Source of the DNA: Candidatus Bathyarchaeota archaeon
GTDB taxonomy: Archaea; Thermoproteota; Bathyarchaeia; Bathyarchaeales; Bathyarchaeaceae
NCBI GenBank assembly: GCA_030615265.1
Contig: JAUWZP010000055.1
Span: 1-12,463, forward strand
Length of the DNA stretch: 12,463 nucleotides
Direction of reading: 5' to 3'
Below are positions 1 through 6,685 of this stretch, one piece after another. Each line of letters begins with the position of its first letter. Within the stretch, counting starts at the first letter, position 1. The notes under the pieces were generated by a model. The model was given only the letters and a program-made list of their open reading frames with translations, made no database searches and was not told where the DNA came from. The translations under genes and the position numbers were made by a program.

Positions 1-1
1 G

Positions 2-18
2 GGGTTAATAATTTAAGG
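2..18 (+). promoter_or_regulatory. Partial copy R0: GGGTTAATAATTTAAGG, 85 bp upstream of R1
   Basis: A 17-bp identity with R1. The sequence diverges after AAGG. Confidence 0.4.
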
Positions 19-86
19 CGCACACAGTGAACAAAGCATTTATTGTAGGTCAATTTCTTTCTGGAATATGGTAAGAGAGAGAGTGT

Positions 87-115
87 GGGTTAATAATTTA
101 AGGAGAAAACTTCTA
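87..115 (+). promoter_or_regulatory. Conserved promoter-like motif, copy R1: GGGTTAATAATTTAAGGAGAAAACTTCTA
   Basis: 25 of 26 positions match the copy at 6323-6348. Copies R1, R3 and R4 share the 26-bp core; R0 and R5 share only the 14-17 bp TATA-like part. It contains the TATA-like AATTTAAG. Confidence 0.5.
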
Positions 116-125
116 GGCGTAGGAA

Positions 126-165
126 GGAGAATTTGTTCCTCCTTCACCACAAGTTTGAGCAGAAA
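126..165. repeat. Direct repeat DR1 with core TCACCACAAGTTTGAGCA (144-161), downstream of the Ntn-hydrolase gene
   Basis: The 18-bp core is identical to DR2 at 1159-1176, with additional flanking similarity (TT..TCC.C). Confidence 0.6.
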
Positions 166-266
166 AAAGAGGGAAGAATTCTTCAAACAGTGAAGAATGA
201 GATATTATAGTTTTTATTAAAAACCCTAAATAGAATAGGGAGAAAAAATGGAGAATGTCGTTCCTC

Positions 267-1079
267 TCACAACATGCGCTCGAATTCTTCGTATTCTCCT
301 CGATATTTTTTCTGTTGTATCCATTTGAAGCCATCATGGTGAGTTATGATAGCAATATCAATATCACCGCCAACATTTGGAACCATTGTAGCAAATCTTT
401 GGTAATCTTTTGTGGTGCGAATTAGAAAAACAGCGTAATCAATGGCGTCCTGCAGTGTCATTAATGCATAGTTAGGTTTAGCAATGGGAATCTCGGGGTC
501 TTTCTTCCAGAGTTTTGCAGCAACTCGTCCTTCTCCCCCACAAGTGCAACCATAGCCTTTCGTGTGTTTTGGCTCGATTGTAATTTTCCGTCCTATCTTA
601 ACGAGAAAGGTTTTCCCTATCTTTACATCTTTCTTATCATATCCAGCAACCTGAAAACCTACAACTAGGTGTTTCTCTGGAATCTTGGAGAGAATTTTTA
701 CTTCCTTCTTAACATTGTCATGCAAATAATCCGCGAGTTTGTGCGCTACTTCCTTCACTTTTTCCTCGCCTACTATTTTTAATTTCTCAAATTCCCTTAT
801 ATGGCTCTCAACAGTTCTCCCATTCAATGCAGGGGCACCATAAACGGCGACACCAATATTACGCTTTTCAATGTTGAAAAGTTTACGTCCAAAAGGAGAA
901 CTCCCTGCAGGCATACGAATAAGCGGCAGTTTCAATTCGGATATTTTTATGTCTTCTTCGCATTTTGGACACTTTGCTCCTAAGTCTTCTACTGGAATTA
1001 TCGTTGCTAATATGGAAACTAAACTATCGGTTGCGAGAACTATGCCATCGGGTACACGAACACTTATGGTTAACGTCAA
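267..1079 (-). CDS. Ntn-hydrolase, proteasome beta / HslV-like T1 threonine peptidase with a Cys-containing insertion (CPKC...CTC). The probable start is TTG at 1079, giving an N-terminal M-T-L-T-I-S-V-R.
   Basis: The N-terminus TLTISVRVPDGIVLATDSLVS matches the HslV/beta-subunit pattern: Thr1, Asp17 and a GxxK motif about 33-35 residues in. Upstream of the TTG the only in-frame start-like codon is a CTG, whereas the track ORF extends to 1331 and would overlap the divergent promoter. A TATA-like element AAAAATATTAAGTATA (1106-1122, minus orientation) lies about 27-43 nt upstream of the TTG. The size is 270 aa against roughly 175-200 aa for HslV or beta subunits, so there is an insertion of about 70 aa. 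Confidence 0.5.
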   Translation of the reverse strand: MTLTISVRVPDGIVLATDSLVSILATIIPVEDLGAKCPKCEEDIKISELKLPLIRMPAGSSPFGRKLFNIEKRNIGVAVYGAPALNGRTVESHIREFEKLKIVGEEKVKEVAHKLADYLHDNVKKEVKILSKIPEKHLVVGFQVAGYDKKDVKIGKTFLVKIGRKITIEPKHTKGYGCTCGGEGRVAAKLWKKDPEIPIAKPNYALMTLQDAIDYAVFLIRTTKDYQRFATMVPNVGGDIDIAIITHHDGFKWIQQKKYRGEYEEFERML

Positions 1080-1143
1080 TTTAACTCCCCTGTTGTATTG
1101 TTGTGTATACTTAATATTTTTTGCTCCAGAAAACAGGAAAAAG

Positions 1144-1180
1144 GAAAGGTTTTCTCCCTCACCACAAGTTTGAGCACACG
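1144..1180. repeat. Direct repeat DR2 with core TCACCACAAGTTTGAGCA (1159-1176), in the divergent promoter region between the Ntn-hydrolase and RHH genes
   Basis: Identical 18-bp core, same orientation as DR1. It lies about 35-75 nt upstream of the Ntn-hydrolase TATA element. Confidence 0.6.
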
Positions 1181-1237
1181 CACAGCAAAGTTTATATTGT
1201 GGTTTCACAGTTCCTTCGTGTATGGCTGTGAATACCC

Positions 1238-1801
1238 ATGCCAAACGTGACAATAAGTGTTCCTGAAAAGCTGAAAATTGAGATGGATAAGATTCCTGAG
1301 GTTCGTTGGTCTGAAATATGTCGTGACGCAATTTCTCGGTATATCGCGCAAAGGAAGAACCCTACTCCCAGAATTGAATTAGAACTTCGCAATGCAACAT
1401 TAACTCATAGCGACATTAGAACTGGATATCCAACATTGGCAATGTCCCTAAGGATACATAACAAAATGGATTCAGAAATCACTGTTGATAGAATAATAGT
1501 ATCTGATGCTGTGTTCATTCCACCAGGTGGGGGTCATAGTTATGGAATTGGTACCGCCTACGACCTCCATAAGAGAAATATCAACCCACATGCTGTTGGC
1601 GGAGCAATGGTTTTTCTGACTTTACCAAAAGACAAAATTGACGATCTTAAAGACGCTTTTGACTCAACGTTCGATTGGCGCGCCAGCGGTACTGTGTACG
1701 TTGAAGGTTTCAAGAATGAGTATCGAACAGATATGCACGCAAGGATTCCGATTGACGATTGGAAATCAGTTGTGAAAAAAGTTTTGAAAGAACCAAAATA
1801 G
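1238..1801 (+). CDS. Ribbon-helix-helix (CopG/antitoxin-like) DNA-binding domain protein with a C-terminal domain of about 140 aa of unknown function
   Basis: The N-terminus VTISVPEKLKIEMDKIPEVRWSEICRDAISRYI has the typical RHH pattern: a beta-strand followed by two helices, with a conserved W-S-E. The ATG start is at 1238. The gene is divergent from the Ntn-hydrolase gene and they share a 160-bp promoter region. Confidence 0.55.
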   Translation: MPNVTISVPEKLKIEMDKIPEVRWSEICRDAISRYIAQRKNPTPRIELELRNATLTHSDIRTGYPTLAMSLRIHNKMDSEITVDRIIVSDAVFIPPGGGHSYGIGTAYDLHKRNINPHAVGGAMVFLTLPKDKIDDLKDAFDSTFDWRASGTVYVEGFKNEYRTDMHARIPIDDWKSVVKKVLKEPK

Positions 1802-1811
1802 AGTTGGTAAA

Positions 1812-1896
1812 GGCGAGGTGAGCGAAGCACGGTGTTAGCACGCAATCGGCTCACGTCAATCCAGACGTTGGGTCGATTCGCTTAACCTCGCCGCCA
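1812..1896 (+). repeat. Imperfect long inverted repeat or stem, not a canonical tRNA. GGCGAGG-t-GAGCGAA pairs with TTCGCTT-aa-CCTCGCC around a 50-nt interior, and the element ends in GCCA.
   Basis: The pairing was seen directly: 7 bp, then a 1-nt/2-nt asymmetric internal loop, then 7 bp. An interior mini-hairpin CGTC-aatcca-GACG is also present. It lies between convergent genes (1238..1801 + and 1925..2494 -). The 7-bp outer stem plus a discriminator-like G and CCA looks like a tRNA acceptor end, but no D, anticodon or T arms can be drawn. Confidence 0.3.
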
Positions 1897-1924
1897 ACTA
1901 CAAGATCATAGATAGCGTAGTTTA

Positions 1925-2494
1925 TTAGTTCTTCTCCTTGCTAAAATCCATGATTGAGTAGATTTCGGGGTATCGTTGCCTCAGCTTTGCTCGTGCCATT
2001 AAGCGTGTCACCTTGTCAGGGGAATAAGCTTCGTCAATCAGCCTTCTCAATCTAAGCTCTCTATAGGATTTAGCGATTGCGTGAGCGGTTTCAGCAGTAA
2101 TTGTTTTTCCTGCAATCCAAGCATATTTCGCTCCTAACTTGATTCCTTTACCGATTCCTGTACCAATGATTTTTAGCGCTTTTCCTAGGTCGGGGTCTAT
2201 GACTTCAACTGAGATAGGATTTCTCGAGTCCGTCTTCTCTTCAAAAGCCTCGTCCAATGCGTCAGAATAATTTCTTGCGATAACCACAATGCTTTCACCG
2301 TCTCCTTTACGCTTAGAATACTGGAAATTGATAGTGAAGGATTTTGGCTTGTCGGTCTTAATCAATTTCTTACGAGTGAAAGTAGGAGTAGTTCTTGTGC
2401 CTTTCCCACGGACATAATCGCTTACTCGGTCACCAGTTTTCTTTTGATAACTTCTTACATGGTGCCTAATTGGGGATTTACGCTTCTTTGCCAT
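1925..2494 (-). CDS. Hypothetical protein with a very basic N-terminus (MAKKRKSPIRHHVRSYQKK...) and a Gly-rich IGTGIGKGIKLGAKYAWIAGK segment
   Basis: A long ORF with an ATG start at 2494. A TATA-like TTAATATAATTATGG sits immediately upstream on the minus strand. I do not recognise a conserved family. Its neighbourhood with a tyrosine integrase suggests mobile-element cargo. Confidence 0.5.
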   Translation of the reverse strand: MAKKRKSPIRHHVRSYQKKTGDRVSDYVRGKGTRTTPTFTRKKLIKTDKPKSFTINFQYSKRKGDGESIVVIARNYSDALDEAFEEKTDSRNPISVEVIDPDLGKALKIIGTGIGKGIKLGAKYAWIAGKTITAETAHAIAKSYRELRLRRLIDEAYSPDKVTRLMARAKLRQRYPEIYSIMDFSKEKN

Positions 2495-2846
2495 TTAGCT
2501 CATTTCCATAATTATATTAAGAGTTTAACCTTAAAATAGTATTTGAGGTAAAGCATTCGGGAGAACGTGCTTTGTCTCAATGCCGTAGGAGTGAAGGTTC
2601 GGGTGTTTGACTTCATTCCTGCGGTAAAAGTGAATGGAGTAGAAGAAAATTCCTTTCAAAGAAGGAGTATATCACGAAAAGCGACATGGACGAGGTGTAA
2701 GATTCCGTTTCTGTAAAAAATGTGGTAGGCGATTAAAGGAAGGAGAGAAGATTTACAAAAGGATAAGTTACAATAAGGCTTCTTTAACTCCATGCCGCAT
2801 AATCGGTTATTACTGCGAGGAATGCCGCGATGCTCTTTACATTTAG

Positions 2847-3320
2847 GTGAGAGTGAGTGAAGTGGTAGGAAAGAAAGGAATGAAACAATCAGGACATAGA
2901 ACCTTCACATATAAGGAACGGAAATTCAACTCGTTCGGTAGAGGTGGACTATTAGACTACTTTACGCCTAAATCAAGCCCAGAAGAAATAAGGTATTCCT
3001 TTAGGACAAAGCATAATCATGAAATGTCCCTATCAGAAGCTAAGTTAGTTGCTAGGAGTGTAGATGAAAAGTTGGCTGAAGATAACAGAGAATTCAGAAC
3101 TGATATGGTCGATACTATACTACACTTTGCTAATGTCTTTGACGTATCCAACATCGAAGCATTCGCACTGACATGCTACTTATACAAGGCTATAGGTGCA
3201 AAAGAGAACCTTACAAAGAGAGAACTCGGGGATATTACTGAGAAGACTATACGAGAAGCGAATAAACTCCGGGAGATGAATTGGGATTCCTTTATGAGAA
3301 TCCTTAAGGAAGTTTCCTGA
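2847..3320 (+). CDS. Hypothetical protein. The start is uncertain: GTG at 2847 or ATG at 2880.
   Basis: A 157-codon ORF. A purine-rich stretch lies before ATG 2880. It is followed by the G6-C-T7 terminator-like element at 3393-3408. No recognisable family. Confidence 0.45.
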   Translation: MRVSEVVGKKGMKQSGHRTFTYKERKFNSFGRGGLLDYFTPKSSPEEIRYSFRTKHNHEMSLSEAKLVARSVDEKLAEDNREFRTDMVDTILHFANVFDVSNIEAFALTCYLYKAIGAKENLTKRELGDITEKTIREANKLREMNWDSFMRILKEVS

Positions 3321-3392
3321 CGCTACCGTATAAGCCCTCCAAGAATCGAGAAAAACCAAAATGGGGTACTATCTACTAGATATATTATTTAA

Positions 3393-3408
3393 GGGGGGCT
3401 TTTTTTGA
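3393..3408 (+). terminator. AAGGGGGGCTTTTTTT, a G-run followed by a T7 tract, giving an archaeal oligo-T terminator
   Basis: The T7 tract lies about 75 nt downstream of the 2847..3320 stop. Archaeal RNA polymerase terminates at T-runs of 5 or more. Confidence 0.4.
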
Positions 3409-3472
3409 TCTTTTCATTCAAAACATTATTATCCCAATTGTCTATATCTATAATTTGTCAAGACATAGTTGA

Positions 3473-4315
3473 ATGGGAAGTTGTATCATGGCTATCGCAA
3501 TGCGTGACAAGATGCGTGAGTACTATCAAAAGGAGAAAGAGAAGGACATAGGTACCGATGTGTCAAAGCCAGAAGTGCTTGAAAAAGATAGGGGAGAAAG
3601 GCGTACTTCTATAAGGCGTGGTGGTGTAGGGAATCCTTACGTGGGGAAAGGTGGAAGGTACAAAGACAAAGTAGAGACAGTTTTAACAGAAGTAGAGTAC
3701 GAGCATTATTTGAAGAACGCTAAACAACTAGAGACAAAGAGACTAGATCAGAAAGAGAATCCTTCATATCCTTTCGATTATCGTGTTCAAGTCTTCAGCA
3801 TAAGTGGACTTCTAGCAATGTTATACTACACTGGATTACGAATAACAGAAATCGTAGGAGATGTTCCACACAAATACTTTTTGAAAGATGGCACAGAGAA
3901 ATGGACTAAAGATTTTCACGGACTACGAAAAATGGACTTAAGTATCAAAGACGATCTTTTGAAAGTTGACGTTAAGGAAGCACGTAAGCACGGTAAGAGA
4001 GAAGAGCCGTTATGGATTCCTTTAGATAAGTTAGGAGTAGATTCAATTGTTGAAGTGTGGGAATCTTCAAAAATTCCTGAAGATAGGATTTTTCCAATAA
4101 CGAAGTGGTTAAGTTGGAAATTGATCTCATTAGTTACAGAAGGAAGACTTTATCCACATTTCTTCCGTTTGAATAGAGCAACAGAATTTGCGAATAATCC
4201 AGAAACCTCTCTTCTTGAACTAAAAAAATGGTTTGCGTGGGCTGACGCGAGAACTGCTAGTTTCTATATGGGTAGAGCAGGACGTACAACAAAGAAGATG
4301 GCGGATAGGTTGTAA
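3473..4315 (+). CDS. Tyrosine recombinase / phage-type integrase
   Basis: Motifs of the catalytic domain are present. LLAMLYYTGLRITEI is the box I Arg. HFFRLNRATEF is the HxxR motif. WADARTASFYMGRAG aligns with lambda Int GHKSDTMASQY, with Trp in place of the second His as in Cre, followed by the catalytic Tyr. A TATA-like TATATCTATAATTTG lies upstream. Confidence 0.8.
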   Translation: MGSCIMAIAMRDKMREYYQKEKEKDIGTDVSKPEVLEKDRGERRTSIRRGGVGNPYVGKGGRYKDKVETVLTEVEYEHYLKNAKQLETKRLDQKENPSYPFDYRVQVFSISGLLAMLYYTGLRITEIVGDVPHKYFLKDGTEKWTKDFHGLRKMDLSIKDDLLKVDVKEARKHGKREEPLWIPLDKLGVDSIVEVWESSKIPEDRIFPITKWLSWKLISLVTEGRLYPHFFRLNRATEFANNPETSLLELKKWFAWADARTASFYMGRAGRTTKKMADRL

Positions 4316-4529
4316 ATCATGGGAGAGTTGGTGAGTATCTGGAAGCATGTGAAAGAGCGCGTGGAATCCCTTCTTGAGTCTGCGGGCACACCGCCATTAT
4401 CTGCAGCGCTTTGTTAGGCTTTGTTATTATGGTCTAAAGTTATGACTACATGCATGCATGCCTTCTGATTTAGCACACTTAATTTAAATAACTCCACCAA
4501 CTTCATGGTGTTTTATAAGGAGGGTTCGA

Positions 4530-5090
4530 ATGCCCAGAGTTGAAGCTTCTATCAGAATCGAAAACGTCGTGGGCACTGCCACGTTAAATCAGAGGATTGA
4601 CCTAAACGCAGTGGTGAAAGGTTTTCCGGATGTTGATTACCGTCCAGAACGGTTTCCGGGACTGGTCTTCAGATTAAAGAGACCCAAAACGGCTATCCTA
4701 ATCTTCAATTCAGGGAAGATGGTTTGCACCGGAGCCAAGTCCGAGAAGAGGGCAAAGAAGGCAATTAATAAAGTTGTAAAGGAACTGAAGAAGAGCGGGG
4801 TCATCATCCTTGGCAAACCCGAAATCAAAATAGTGAACATGGTTGCGTCAGCGAGTTTAGGAGGATTGATAGACCTTGAGAAGTCAGCCTACTCGCTTAA
4901 GAGAAGCATGTATGAACCCGAACAGTTTCCTGGTCTCATCTACCGAATGGATGAACCAAAAGTTGTTATTCTTCTCTTCACAAGTGGGAAACTTGTTTGC
5001 ACAGGAGCCACGAAGGAAGAAGACGTCCACGAAGCGGTTGCCAAACTTCATAAGAAACTCGAGGAAGAAGACCTGATATACTACGAGTAA
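4530..5090 (+). CDS. tbp: TATA-box binding protein (archaeal TBP) with two direct repeats and an acidic C-terminal tail
   Basis: ENVVGTATLNQRIDLNAVV...RPERFPGLVFRLKRPKTAILIFNSGKMVCTGAKSE, followed by the second repeat NMVASASLGGLIDLEKSAY...EPEQFPGLIYRMDEPKVVILLFTSGKLVCTGATKEE. RBS AAGGAGGG is 7 nt before the ATG. TATA TTAATTTAAATA is at 4481-4492. Confidence 0.93.
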   Translation: MPRVEASIRIENVVGTATLNQRIDLNAVVKGFPDVDYRPERFPGLVFRLKRPKTAILIFNSGKMVCTGAKSEKRAKKAINKVVKELKKSGVIILGKPEIKIVNMVASASLGGLIDLEKSAYSLKRSMYEPEQFPGLIYRMDEPKVVILLFTSGKLVCTGATKEEDVHEAVAKLHKKLEEEDLIYYE

Positions 5091-5169
5091 ATGTGATTGA
5101 AACCCCATGCGCGCAAGTGCAAGTTATATATAGTCCAAAGAGAAAGTAAAGCCAAAACGAACAAAAGAG

Positions 5170-5382
5170 GTGAAATACGTGACAAAGGGTACAGTGGCGA
5201 AATGGCTCGGCGAGAGAGGCTACGGGTTCATTAAATGCGAAGATGGCAAAGAAATCTTTGTTCATAAGTCGGATATCCAGGGCAAAAGCAGTCTCAAAGA
5301 AGGAGAAAAAGTAGAGTTCGAAGTGACAGAAGGCACAGGTAGAGGACCGAGAGCCGTCAAAGTTAAACCGATTTCTGAATAA
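5170..5382 (+). CDS. csp: Cold-shock domain protein (CspA family). The start is GTG at 5170 or, more likely, GTG at 5179, giving MTKGTVAKW.
   Basis: GTVKWF-like N-terminus [30 protein letters not shown] carries the RNP1-like GYGFI and RNP2-like FVH motifs. AGAGGTGA RBS precedes GTG 5179. TATA TTATATATAG at 5124-5133. Confidence 0.85.
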   Translation: MKYVTKGTVAKWLGERGYGFIKCEDGKEIFVHKSDIQGKSSLKEGEKVEFEVTEGTGRGPRAVKVKPISE

Positions 5383-5423
5383 ATCGAGAACATTTGTCGA
5401 AGATTCAAAAATCGGTTTAAATT

Positions 5424-5440
5424 ACCGGGGTTTAATTTTT
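5424..5440 (+). terminator. CCGGGGTTTAATTTTTC, a G/C-rich segment followed by a T5 tract downstream of csp
   Basis: An oligo-T tract about 45-55 nt after the csp stop. Confidence 0.3.
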
Positions 5441-5573
5441 CTTCTGATTTGTAGATTGGTTCTACCTTTCCCTAAAGCGCGCGCAGCTTGTGTTAACTTA
5501 TATAAGCAAGAGCGTTTGTTTCTGATAAGGTCTTTCACTTGTCCCTACGCGCGCAACGTAAAGGTGAGCATGA

Positions 5574-6260
5574 ATGAGGAATAGAATATGGGCTGGAAGA
5601 GGACGTCCTAGAGGTAGCCATCGCACACGCGACATTAGAATTCTTGAGTACCTTGTAGAACTCGCTACGAAACACGGAATCACCACATGCGAATTTTTTA
5701 ACGCAATTGTAAGCGCATGGGAAAATGGAAAAGCCAAGTGTAGAGGATTAAATGTTCAATGTCGCATAAAGAAAAAAGGTCGCGCCATCTTTCTCATAAC
5801 AAAAGGCTACACGGTGGTCGCTCAATTTCCAATACACGAAAACATCCTCAAAGAAACTGACCCGCTCAAAGGGTTTGACTATGTGCGTGAACGCGTTAGA
5901 CGCGTTTCCGAAATGAAAGAAAGGAAAAGGCTTGACCTTAGCCATCTAAGCATCAAAGATTTGAAGGCTGGAATGAAGAAAATTCACCTGAAAGCTCGAG
6001 TCACCGAAATTTCAAAGCCAAAACTAGTCTTAACGAGGTCCAACGATTACGCCGTCTTTGCCAACGCAACGCTTTCTGACGAAACCAGTACAATCAAGCT
6101 GACTCTATGGAACGGACGCGTCAACATGGTTTCCATCAACGACATGGTTCAAATTGAAAATGCAAAGGTCATCATGTTTAGAGGTGAAAAACAGCTGAGA
6201 ACAGGAAGATACGGCAGATTGAAAGTCCTTGAAACCAATCCGATAAATGTAATTCAATAA
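5574..6260 (+). CDS. Nucleic-acid-binding protein: an N-terminal winged-helix-like region plus a C-terminal OB-fold (SSB/RPA/tRNA-anticodon-type)
   Basis: The C-terminal ~110 aa KKIHLKARVTEISKPKLV...DETSTIKLTLWNGRVNMVSINDMVQIENAKVIMFRGEKQLRTGRYGRLKV follows the OB-fold pattern seen in archaeal SSB/RPA (..DeTG.i.ltlWd.......gd.v.i.na.v.....). The N-terminal ILEYLVELATKHGITTCEFFNAIV looks like an HTH. The start is ambiguous: ATG at 5574 or 5588. Confidence 0.5.
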   Translation: MRNRIWAGRGRPRGSHRTRDIRILEYLVELATKHGITTCEFFNAIVSAWENGKAKCRGLNVQCRIKKKGRAIFLITKGYTVVAQFPIHENILKETDPLKGFDYVRERVRRVSEMKERKRLDLSHLSIKDLKAGMKKIHLKARVTEISKPKLVLTRSNDYAVFANATLSDETSTIKLTLWNGRVNMVSINDMVQIENAKVIMFRGEKQLRTGRYGRLKVLETNPINVIQ

Positions 6261-6317
6261 GCTCATTGCTAACTCACGGTCCTGAGCGCGCGCATTTTAT
6301 TAATATAGGATTTTTCC

Positions 6318-6348
6318 CATCCTTAATAATTTAAGGAGAAAAGTTCTA
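6318..6348 (+). promoter_or_regulatory. Conserved promoter-like motif, copy R3: CCTTAATAATTTAAGGAGAAAAGTTCTA, 65-71 nt upstream of the zinc-ribbon gene
   Basis: Its position relative to the gene start and its TATA-like core support a promoter role. Confidence 0.55.
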
Positions 6349-6412
6349 TACCCACGAGGTTTGGAGAGCAATTAAACTAATTAATATCTAACATGTTAAA
6401 TGATTTGAAGTG

Positions 6413-6685
6413 ATGATTATGGAAGGAACACAAGGTCAAATCTGTCAAAGTTGTGGAATGCCAATGCGGAAGAACGAAGATTTTGGAACAAACACAGATG
6501 GAAGCAAGAATGAAGAGTACTGCCATTATTGCTATAAAGAGGGAAGATTTACAGATGAAGGAATTACAATGGAAGAGAAAATCAAGAAAAACATAGAAAT
6601 GGCTACGAAAGTGGGAATGGCAGAAGAAGAAGCAAGAGAAATGGCAAACAGTATCATTCCAAAGCTCAAGAGATGGAAGAAGTAA
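6413..6685 (+). CDS. Small zinc-ribbon protein (CQSCGMPM...DFGTNTDGS.NEEYCHYCYKEG.F, a putative-zinc-ribbon family seen in methanogens and Firmicutes)
   Basis: A characteristic CxxCGMP...DGS...YCxYCY motif with a C-terminal acidic/basic helix. The track ORF starts with GTG at 6410; ATG codons lie at 6413 and 6419. The conserved promoter-like motif lies 65-70 nt upstream. Confidence 0.6.
   Translation: MIMEGTQGQICQSCGMPMRKNEDFGTNTDGSKNEEYCHYCYKEGRFTDEGITMEEKIKKNIEMATKVGMAEEEAREMANSIIPKLKRWKK

Noticed and set aside
267-1331. Track ORF extending the Ntn-hydrolase frame up to a TTG at 1331, 354 aa
   Set aside because: The extension has no in-frame ATG, GTG or TTG other than the TTG at 1079. It would overlap the divergent RHH gene start (1238) and its promoter. 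The HslV-like Thr1 N-terminus begins at the TTG at 1079, with a TATA-like box at the right distance. The upstream frame is most likely open by chance. Its CGEG-like peptide comes from the DR2 repeat.
113-1392. Short ORFs 113..337(-), 801..983(+), 871..1173(+), 1192..1392(-)
   Set aside because: They are antisense to, or overlap, the better-supported genes or the DR and promoter repeats. They have low-complexity or hydrophobic translations and no RBS or TATA support.
1558-1854. ORF 1558..1854(-)
   Set aside because: Antisense to the RHH-protein gene, with no independent support.
4319-4414. 31-codon ORF starting 4 nt after the integrase stop
   Set aside because: No RBS, no recognisable motif, and easily explained by chance.
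4637-5265. ORFs 4637..4840(-), 4876..5076(+), 4884..5108(-), 4978..5265(-)
   Set aside because: They overlap the high-confidence tbp gene, or run antisense through the csp promoter. They are artefacts of AT-rich sequence.
5498-5945. ORFs 5498..5737(-) and 5748..5945(-)
   Set aside because: Antisense to the wH/OB-fold gene and its promoter.
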